A stretch of 20,300 bases of DNA from Ascoidea asiatica JCM 7603 (lineage: Eukaryota; Fungi; Ascomycota), in NCBI GenBank assembly GCA_001600695.1, contig BCKQ01000012.1, positions 359,108 to 379,407 of the forward strand. Direction: 5' to 3'. The notes under the pieces were generated by a model that was not told the origin of the DNA, ran no database searches, and was given only the letters and a program-made list of their open reading frames with translations. This document shows, piece after piece, positions 9,535-18,078 of this stretch; within the stretch, counting starts at the first letter, position 1; each line of letters begins with the position of its first letter. A program made the translations under genes and the position numbers.

Positions 9535-12500
9535 ATGGATTTAAAAGTACTTCATGATTGTTTTGCTGGTACATTACAACCTGATCAATCAATTCGAAAA
9601 CAAGCTGAATTATCTTTAAAAGATTTTTTAAAAAATCAACCAAATTTCTTATCTTCTTGTATTGATTTAATCTCAATTTCAGATTCTGAAATTAATGAAT
9701 TCATTAAACAATCAACTGCAGTTTATTTAAAAAATCAAATAAAAAAATATTGGGAATATAATGAAGATGATAATTCAAATGTTGGATCAAAAGATTTAAT
9801 AATTATACCATTATCTGAAAAAGAATCAATAAAATCAAAAATTTTAAATTTATTAATTACTCATACTGATTTATTCTCAAATGAAAATCATATTAGAAAT
9901 CAATTATTATTAATCTTAGAACATATTATTGCTTTTGATTATCCATTAAGATGGTCATCTCTTTTAACTGATTCAATGAATTTAATTCAAACTTCTCTTT
10001 CTGATAATTTTAATGATTCAAATATTTCTTCAACTTATGTTGGACTTTATTGTTTTAAAGAAATTATGCGTCATTATAGATGGAAAAGTAATGTTTCAAG
10101 ATCTGAAAATTTAGATCCAATAATTATAAATTTTTTTCCAATTTTAATTCAATTATCAAATTCAATTTTAAATAAATCTGATTTATTAATTAATTCAAAT
10201 ACAAATGTAAATTTTGATAATTTAACAATTCAAAAATTCAATTCATATGGTGAATTTTTAAGATTAATTTTAAAATGTTTTAAATTTGTAACTTATGCTG
10301 ATTTACCATTACCATTTCAACAAATTTCAAATAATAATTCAAATCCATTTTTTTCTTGGATAACTTTTCATTTAACTTTAGTTTCAAAAAATTTACCAAA
10401 TTTTATCTTCAATTCAAATCCAAATTCAAATTTAAATTCAAATTCAATAAAATCTACTTTAAATGAATCAAAAATTTCTCAAAATCCATGGATTAGAACT
10501 CAAAAATGGGCTTTTGCCAATATTTTAAATATTTCAAATAAATATTGTTCAAATTCAAAATTTAAATCTCATGATTATCCAATTTTTAAAGAAAATTTTA
10601 TTAATGATGTTTTACCTGAAATTATTAAAATTTATTTTAAATTAATTTCTAATTGGTGTCAAAATCCAATTCAAAATTATTTATCAAAAGATTGTCTTTA
10701 TTATATTATTAATGCTTTTGAATTTTCTATAAGTTATAAATCAACTTGGAGTTTATTAAAATCAAATTTAAATCAATTATTATCTAATTTTTTATATCCA
10801 TTAGTAACTCCAACTGATGATATTATTGAAATTTTTGAATCTGATCCAAATGAATATATTCATATGAGATTAGATTTTTTTGAAGAATCAAGTGATTTTC
10901 CAGAAATTGCAGCTATTTCTTTAATTACATCTTTAGTTCAATCAAGACCAAAAGCTTGTTTAGATACTGTTTTACAATTTATTTATAATACTTTACTTCA
11001 ATTACAACAAGAACAACAAATTCAACCAAATCAACAAGAAACTCAATTAATTGCTCAAAAAAGAGAAGGTATATTAAGAATTTTAACATCTATTTCTCAT
11101 GTTTTAACAAATCCTTCATATTTAACTCAAATGAAAGAATTCTTTATTCAATTAGTTTTACCAAATTTAAATTCAAATTTTGGTTTTTTAAGAGCAAGAA
11201 CTTTAGAAGCTTTATCAAATTTTTCTGTTATAGAATTTGATCGAGAATCTTTAACACAAATTTATCATGGTATAATTAAAGATTTTGAACTTGATAAATT
11301 AAGAGCTTTAAAAAATTCTGGTGTTGATACAATTAATTCAGATTCGGATGAAGATGAAACTTTATGGCCTACACAACTTGAAGGTTCTTTAACTATTCAA
11401 TCTTTTGTTCAAAATTCTCATTTTAAAAATTTACTTTCTAATGATATAATCTTACTTATGGAAAAATTATTATATTTACCAAATAAAATTGATTCTGACT
11501 CTGTTTCTGCTGTTATGCAAGAACTTGTTGAAATATATTCAGATCAACTTCAACCTTTTGGTACTCAATTAATTACAAGTTTATCTGAACAATTTATAAA
11601 ATCAATTCTTGATAATGATGATGTTAATTTAGAATATTTACAAAATTCAACTAATATAAATGATTTTAAAGTAAGTCCTGAATTATTAGATAGTGAGACT
11701 GCAAATAGTCTTGAAAAACAATCAGCAGCTGTTGGAATTTTAAATACAATGATAACTATTTTATTATCTTTTGAAAATTCAGTTCCATCAATTAATGGAT
11801 TACTTAGATGTTATGCACCAATTATTAAAATTATTTTAATTAATGAAATGGAAGATTACCTTACAGAATGTTTTGAATTAATTGAGAATACTTCATTTTT
11901 ATCAAGATCTATTTCTCCACAACTTTGGGAAATATTTGAAATAATTGTTGAAATGTTTAAAGTTGATAGATCTGAAAATAATATTTTATTATACATTGAA
12001 GAAATTATGCCTGCATTGAATAATTATTTAGTATATGGTTTACCAGAATTAGTTAAAACTAATAATTCTCAAGTTATTCAAAAGTTTTATCTTTTATATC
12101 ACATTTTTATTAATAATGGTTATGATAATAATTTAATTGCAGATTCAACAAATTTCAATAAACAAATTAATGATATTCATGATACAAGACATATTAATAT
12201 TAATGATTTATCAGCTGGTGCAGAACTTGGATCAAAACTTATACTTTCTCTAAATCATGATTCTATTCATTATACCAAGGATACTTTAGTATCTTTCCTT
12301 TTAACTATACAAAGAAAACTTAAAAATGATAATATTAATACTTTAGATAATCTTGATGAAAATACAATCATCAGTTCAATTCCTCAATATGTTGCTTTAA
12401 ATGAAAGTAATAAAAAGTTTAAACAATATCTCCAAAATCGTAAATTTGTTGTTTATTTCCTTGATTTAATATTATCTTGTTTAATTTATGATGCAACTAC

Positions 12501-13125
12501 TACTCTTGATGTTTTAATTCAATTTAATTTATTTGAATTATTTTTTAAAACTTTATGGTTTGGTAGTATAGAGAAAGGACTTATTAAAAGAGTATATGAT
12601 TTAAAAATTTCTTTATTAGGATTTTTAAGTTTAATTAATCTTAGTAATGAAAATATTTTAAAGTATAATTTAAATGCTATTATTACTGAAATTAGAAATA
12701 ATACTTTTATTATTATTTCTCAATTACCAAAAGCAATTAATGACCTTGAATCAAAGAAAAAAAATTTCAGTGATTCTTTCAACGTAAATGATGATAAAGC
12801 TTTGGCTGATTATTTCAATAGCAGTAATATTGAATCAGAGGAAAATGAAGATGAAACTGATAATTCCAATGATACTGAGGGAAAAGTTGTGGATGAAAAT
12901 GATTATGATGGTGCAAATAATATGTTTGATGATGATGAAGAAGATGAAGATTTGTTCGAAGATCCATTATCAGTTACTCCATTAGAGGAAATTAATATTT
13001 TTATTGTTTTAAAAACTTCTCTTGTTGATTTGAAAAAAACAGATGAAAATAAATATAAAGAATTTTTTGAAAATGGATTATCTGAACCACAATTAACTTT
13101 TTTACAAAATATTATAACTATATAG
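9535..13125 (+). CDS. NMD5: Importin-beta family karyopherin Nmd5 (Kap119, importin-7-like)
   Basis: 1196 aa. IBN_N-type start (MDLKVLHDCFAGTLQPDQSIRKQAE..AVYLKNQIKKYW); FESDPNEYI, GFLRART and IKRVYDLKISLLG motifs; acidic C-terminal loop. The N-terminus is closer to recalled Nmd5 than to Sxm1. Confidence 0.88.
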   Translation: MDLKVLHDCFAGTLQPDQSIRKQAELSLKDFLKNQPNFLSSCIDLISISDSEINEFIKQSTAVYLKNQIKKYWEYNEDDNSNVGSKDLIIIPLSEKESIKSKILNLLITHTDLFSNENHIRNQLLLILEHIIAFDYPLRWSSLLTDSMNLIQTSLSDNFNDSNISSTYVGLYCFKEIMRHYRWKSNVSRSENLDPIIINFFPILIQLSNSILNKSDLLINSNTNVNFDNLTIQKFNSYGEFLRLILKCFKFVTYADLPLPFQQISNNNSNPFFSWITFHLTLVSKNLPNFIFNSNPNSNLNSNSIKSTLNESKISQNPWIRTQKWAFANILNISNKYCSNSKFKSHDYPIFKENFINDVLPEIIKIYFKLISNWCQNPIQNYLSKDCLYYIINAFEFSISYKSTWSLLKSNLNQLLSNFLYPLVTPTDDIIEIFESDPNEYIHMRLDFFEESSDFPEIAAISLITSLVQSRPKACLDTVLQFIYNTLLQLQQEQQIQPNQQETQLIAQKREGILRILTSISHVLTNPSYLTQMKEFFIQLVLPNLNSNFGFLRARTLEALSNFSVIEFDRESLTQIYHGIIKDFELDKLRALKNSGVDTINSDSDEDETLWPTQLEGSLTIQSFVQNSHFKNLLSNDIILLMEKLLYLPNKIDSDSVSAVMQELVEIYSDQLQPFGTQLITSLSEQFIKSILDNDDVNLEYLQNSTNINDFKVSPELLDSETANSLEKQSAAVGILNTMITILLSFENSVPSINGLLRCYAPIIKIILINEMEDYLTECFELIENTSFLSRSISPQLWEIFEIIVEMFKVDRSENNILLYIEEIMPALNNYLVYGLPELVKTNNSQVIQKFYLLYHIFINNGYDNNLIADSTNFNKQINDIHDTRHININDLSAGAELGSKLILSLNHDSIHYTKDTLVSFLLTIQRKLKNDNINTLDNLDENTIISSIPQYVALNESNKKFKQYLQNRKFVVYFLDLILSCLIYDATTTLDVLIQFNLFELFFKTLWFGSIEKGLIKRVYDLKISLLGFLSLINLSNENILKYNLNAIITEIRNNTFIIISQLPKAINDLESKKKNFSDSFNVNDDKALADYFNSSNIESEENEDETDNSNDTEGKVVDENDYDGANNMFDDDEEDEDLFEDPLSVTPLEEINIFIVLKTSLVDLKKTDENKYKEFFENGLSEPQLTFLQNIITI

Positions 13126-13348
13126 ATAAATTTTAGAGAATAATCATATAATTTTTTAAATTTGATTTTAATTTTACTTTAAATTTACCATAAATTGCAT
13201 AGTTTTAGATAATAAATAATATATTAGAAAAAAATCAAAAAAAAAAAAGAAAAAAGAAAAGAAAAAAGAGAAGATAAATTATATACAGTATATATATACA
13301 TATGATAAGATTATTTATTTCAATTGAATAAAAGAAGTTGTAATAAAA

Positions 13349-15217
13349 TCACATATTATTGATTAAAATCACTTCATTTTTTCCATATCTTTCAAAACTA
13401 ATTAAATCTAAAATTCTACCAGCTAACATGAAATCAATTTCTTTCCAAGAACCTCTACCAAAGATTTCTGGACATTTTGATATGACATCAGGTATAAAAT
13501 ATTTATGTAAATTTTTATAATAATCCATTTCTTCTTTTGACATTGTGAAAGTTTTTAAATAATTAATTTTAAACCAATTAAATAATTGAAAAATCCATTC
13601 AGGTAATTCATAATTATTTTTATTATTATTAATATTATAAACTTGTTTATTTGAACATCTTACTAACCATAATAATAAAGTTTGTTCTTGAAAATTTTCA
13701 GAAAGTTCATCATAATTATTAAAACCAAAAATTAATTTTAAAGAAAATTGAAATTTTAAATCATTTTTAAATAATTTTTTTAAAGTTAAAAGTTTCTTAT
13801 TTGCTTCAGCATCTTTGATTAAATTTTTTTCAATTAATTTTAAATTTGAAATAATTTTAATATATAAATTTTTTTGATTAATTTTATAAATTTGAGAATT
13901 ATTAAAATTTAATTGATTTGAATTATTTTTTAAAATTATATCATTATTTATATAATTTGAATTACCATTTATTGAAATATTTAAATCTTTTAATTTTGTT
14001 TCAATTGCCATTCTTAGATTTTTTAAACCAAATAATTTCATTCTTAAAGTATATATAATTTTTTTTTTATTATTTTTTAATAATTTTTTTTCATTAATTA
14101 TATAATTATCATAATCATTAGAAGTTAAGATTGAGAAAATTTTATATAAATTTGAAATTTGTTTATCTAAATTAAAATCAGATAAATAAAATAAAAATTC
14201 ATCAGATTCATTAGATTCATTAGATTCATTAGATATTGAATTTTGAATTGAATTTTCGGTATATGAATTTATATTAGGTAAAGATAAAATATTATCAAAT
14301 TTTTTAATTTTATTTACTTGATCATTTGATAATTTTAATTTTAAAGCAATTGAATCAAATTCATTATTATCAATTATAAAACCATAACCTAAGAATAATT
14401 CTTCATTATTTTTACAACCATAATTATTAAAAATTTCATTATTAGTGTTAATATTTTGATTAAAATCTTTAATATTTAAAGTAAAAGAGTAACTTTCATT
14501 AAAAGACCAGATAACATTTTGTTTATTTTTATGATTTAATAAATCAATTAAAGGTAATAACATTATTTTATCTTTTGATAAATTTTTATTAATTATATAA
14601 TTTGGAAAACTTCTTGAAGTGAAAATTAAATGAGACCAAAGATAAGCAGGAAATGAATAATATTTATAATCATTATTTGAAGGAAATAAAATTTCATTAT
14701 AAAATTTATCAGATTTAATAAAATTTAAAAGTTTTTCATCTTCAGATTCATCTATTGATTTATCTGTTGAAGTTGAATTAGTATTTTCAGTATAAAATTT
14801 AGTTTCATTTTTAAAATCAATTTCAGGTATTAATGAAGAAAATCCTTTAATTAAAGAATACCAAGTTTTAATAAGATATAAAAGTTTCAAATTTAAAAAT
14901 TTTTCATTTAAATTTGTATTAACTAAATAATTAATTTTTTCAAAATTATTAAAAAGTAATGGAAAATTTTTAAGATCATTTAAAGAATTTGGTAATAAAT
15001 TAATATAAAATTTAAATAAATTATAATGTTTAAGAAAAATTGAATTTGAATTAGATTTATTATTATCAAATTTTAATTTTGCTAAATAAAATTTTAAGAT
15101 TGAATTATTATGATCATAAAGTGAATTTTTTTCAATATTTATTGAAGAAAGGTATTCATCTGATAATTTTGAAGATATGATTAAATTTTCAGGAATTGAA
15201 AGTTGAAAATCATTTGG

Positions 15218-15249
<32 letters not shown>

Positions 15250-15409
15250 CATTATTATCATTATTTGTTTCTTCAGATTTATTTTTGTAAAAGGCAGAGA
15301 CTCCTTTATCTTGAGTAAATTGAAAAGAGATATTAGGGTCTATATAAGCACCATTTTCCTTAGCCCAGGAAATCAAATGGTCTAGTTTTTCTTGAGATTC
15401 TTCTGACAT
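13349..15409 (-). CDS. RKM1: SET-domain protein lysine methyltransferase, Rkm1/Efm1 family
   Basis: 686 aa. YSFPAYLWSHLIFTSRSFP, LLPLIDLLNH and EIFNNYGCKNNEELFLGYGF are SETD6/Rubisco-LSMT-type SET motifs. The core is Rkm1-like and the termini are Efm1-like, so the symbol is tentative. Confidence 0.8.
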
Positions 15410-15579
15410 GTATTATATATTAGTGGTTGTTTATATGATCAAGTATTTATGAATTGATTTCTTTTATCTCTGGATTGGAATCTGATAAATTAAAATAATT
15501 TAAAGTATTTTAGTTTTTATTGAAATTGCTCGAATCTACAGAAATTCAGCTTTTTTAGTAGTAAATTATGAGGCAGGGC

Positions 15580-15586
15580 AGGGTAA
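15580..15586 (-). promoter_or_regulatory. Reb1-like site (TTACCCT) upstream of the SET gene
   Basis: AGGGTAA on the + strand, ~170 bp upstream of the ATG at 15409. Confidence 0.4.
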
Positions 15587-15623
15587 CACAGAAGAAATCA
15601 ACAGGAAAAAATATAAAAAGATT

Positions 15624-15631
15624 AAAAAAAA
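15624..15631 (-). terminator. Pol III oligo-T terminator of tRNA-Lys
   Basis: T8 on the minus strand, 3 nt after the discriminator base. Confidence 0.85.
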
Positions 15632-15634
15632 GGA

Positions 15635-15728
15635 CTCCTCATTAGGGGCTCGAACCCTAGACATTTCGGTTGCTCGAAATCAACAAATCCCTAAAAGCCG
15701 AACGCTCTACCAACTGAGCTAATGGGGA
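15635..15728 (-). tRNA. tK(UUU): tRNA-Lys(UUU) with a 21-nt intron (15671-15691)
   Basis: Minus strand reads TCCCCATTAGCTCAGTTGGTAGAGCGTTCGGCTTTTA[GGGATTTGTTGATTTCGAGCA]ACCGAAATGTCTAGGGTTCGAGCCCCTAATGAGGAG. A and B boxes present; anticodon stem TTCGG/CCGAA; T stem TAGGG/CCCTA; intron at canonical position 37/38; discriminator G73. Confidence 0.96.
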
Positions 15729-16096
15729 TGAGTCCTGAAAAAAAGTGTTTCAGCAGGAGCTAGACTGTTTTGTGGTTTTCAGTTGAGTCCATATTTGTGG
15801 GTGCTTTAATGAAGAATATTCAGTAGTTAATTAAAGAACATTTATGAAAGAATACAAATAAACAATGGAGTTATTTAATGATAATACAGAGAATAATGAT
15901 AATACTATATAATATTTAATCAAGAGATAATAAGCAAGCAATGTTTAGAGAAATACTCATTTAATGGATATATCTTTCCTTGAGTTTAATGTCAAATTAA
16001 TTTTCAACTCTTAGGTGAAATGGTCCTCTTTTTCATCATCAGCATTAACGTATTAACAATGGAATTACCTTCTTTAACATATTTAACTTTATTAAC

Positions 16097-16609
16097 CTAA
16101 GTATAATCAGAATAATCATCTTTTAATTCTTTAATATAACCTGATTGAATAGCTTTAAAACCTTTTTTATATTCTTTTCCATTACAATTTGTTTTTGAAT
16201 TAATAAGATCACGACGAAGTTTATTAACATCAAAACATTCAAAGTATACACCATTAGAATAAACACCATTAGCATCAAATCCATATGAAGGAATTTCTTT
16301 GGAATTGCAACTGCAATTGTAATTGGTGTTGGAATTGGAATTGGAATTGGAATTAGAGTTGGAATTAGAATTGGAATTGGAATTATATTCAATAGAATTG
16401 GGATTATATTCACTAGAACAATAATAACTACTTTCAGTCGTTGTTGGAATAGTTACTAATTGAACATTTTTAAAATTCTTTGGAAGATAATTTGGATAAC
16501 CATTTATAGTAGGATAATATGTACCATTTACTACATAAAAAGATCTATCAATTTGCTGATAATGTTTTTCAATATAAATTTGAGAAAAATTGTTACTTCG
16601 ATTATTCAT
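16097..16609 (-). CDS. Hypothetical Tyr/Asn-rich protein (orphan; possibly truncated at the C-terminus)
   Basis: 170 codons in very AT-rich DNA, with host-like codon choice, a TAAAAATG start context, TATATAAA ~110 bp upstream and an internal (NS)n tract. I recognise no family. Confidence 0.6.
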   Translation of the reverse strand: MNNRSNNFSQIYIEKHYQQIDRSFYVVNGTYYPTINGYPNYLPKNFKNVQLVTIPTTTESSYYCSSEYNPNSIEYNSNSNSNSNSNSNSNSNSNTNYNCSCNSKEIPSYGFDANGVYSNGVYFECFDVNKLRRDLINSKTNCNGKEYKKGFKAIQSGYIKELKDDYSDYT

Positions 16610-16720
16610 TTTTAATTTAATTTTATATCTATTTCTGTCTATTAATGATAGTAATAAGAATAATAATAATAATAATAATAATTTTGAAAATATAACATTC
16701 TGATAAGAAAATTTATATCC

Positions 16721-16728
16721 TTTATATA
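16721..16728 (-). promoter_or_regulatory. TATA box of the orphan ORF
   Basis: TTTATATA on + reads TATATAAA on -. Confidence 0.45.
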
Positions 16729-17063
16729 TTTAAGCTCCATGGTTTCATCAATTACTGAAAAAAAAGTAAAAAAACATAACAAAAACATAATAAAAACTCA
16801 ATTAAAATAAACCATAACACAATTGATACCTAATGTTGCTATGAATCAAAGCTAAATAAAAGTATCGTAGATAGTATCTTTTTGGAATTGAATAAATCTC
16901 ATAATTGTTTGTGATCTGGAACAATTATTATAATTAAAAGGAGTACCGAGAAGGTGGTCTCAAATAGCCTATTTCTATTATAAAAGTATAATCATAAAAT
17001 AACGTTAATATAACTTACTCTTCCATGACAAAAGAAATACATTAATGATAGTAATTATATTTA

Positions 17064-17090
17064 TATCATTGAATTGTTTCAATTAGGAAA
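17064..17090 (-). promoter_or_regulatory. Composite Mcm1 half-site / Ste12 PRE / alpha1-Q-like element
   Basis: Minus strand reads TTTCCTAATT-GAAACAAT-TCAATGATA and contains TGAAACA (17075-17081). Confidence 0.45.
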
Positions 17091-17523
17091 TATTTCATCT
17101 CTGGATATTGCTTAAAGAATATCTTCCATTTTTTCAATGTCAAATGAAAATGAAAAAACAGGCTCAAGTTATTAAAGTTCTAAATTCAAATTATGTTATC
17201 ATCTTATTTATCATTTATGGAAATAATTCAATCCAAAAAAATCCACTAAATATTATCATTTAGTAAAATTTCTTACTATAAAACGAATTTCAAATACATC
17301 AAAAAGATTTATTTCAAAAAATTTACTCAAAACCCGTTATTTTTATGAATTAAACTACATGTTATACATAATATAATAACATCTTAACTTTATAGTTCTA
17401 AAAAACCGATAGAACTGGAATCTTTTCTTTCCTTTTTATTCCACATCTAAACTTTTTCCTTTTTCATTCTCACTATGATAATTTATATTGCATAGAAGAA
17501 AAAAAGTACTTTACTAATTGGGA

Positions 17524-17530
17524 TGTTTCA
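17524..17530 (-). promoter_or_regulatory. Ste12 pheromone response element (TGAAACA)
   Basis: TGTTTCA on +, ~550 bp upstream of the adhesin ATG. Confidence 0.4.
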
Positions 17531-18078
17531 ATGAATTCTATAATTCTTTTTTCACACAATTATAAGTCCCTGGAAGCATAGAACCTCTTCAATTGAGAAT
17601 ACAATAAAAATTTTATATTCTTCACTTAAATAAATCATTATTATTATTAATAATAATTCTACTCAATTCATTTCAAATTTCATTGTTCGTATTTCACAAT
17701 TTTAATTGAAAAATTAATCATGATAAAACATTTATCTTATAGTTTGATATATCAATCATTCCACAATAATATTAAAGTTCAATAATAATTATCTGAATCA
17801 AATTGTTTTTTATTTATTCTAATGACTTCAATTACTCAAATCCATTATTTTTCAATATTTTAATTGATAAGTACCAATTAAAAATTGAAAGAAAACTTAG
17901 AATTCTCAAATCTTTCTCATATATATGACTCCAGTTATCTTCTAAAATTCTTTTTTTTTTTTTTTATTCATTCATTTTCTAGTCAAATAAAAAGAAGTTT
18001 TAATCAAAAACTAGATATTAAATTCGTCTTTTTCATCATTCCTTATTCAATATAAATAATAAATTCAATCCTTCAAAA

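Noticed and set aside
15746-15752. TGTTTCA (PRE) and a small CTGAAA/TTTCAG inverted repeat upstream of the tRNA
   Set aside because: Isolated, in the tRNA 5' flank, with no plausible pheromone-regulated target.
12788-16413. ORFs 12788-12985, 15203-15385 and 16123-16413
   Set aside because: Alternate-frame or antisense readings of acidic, poly-Asn and NS repeats.
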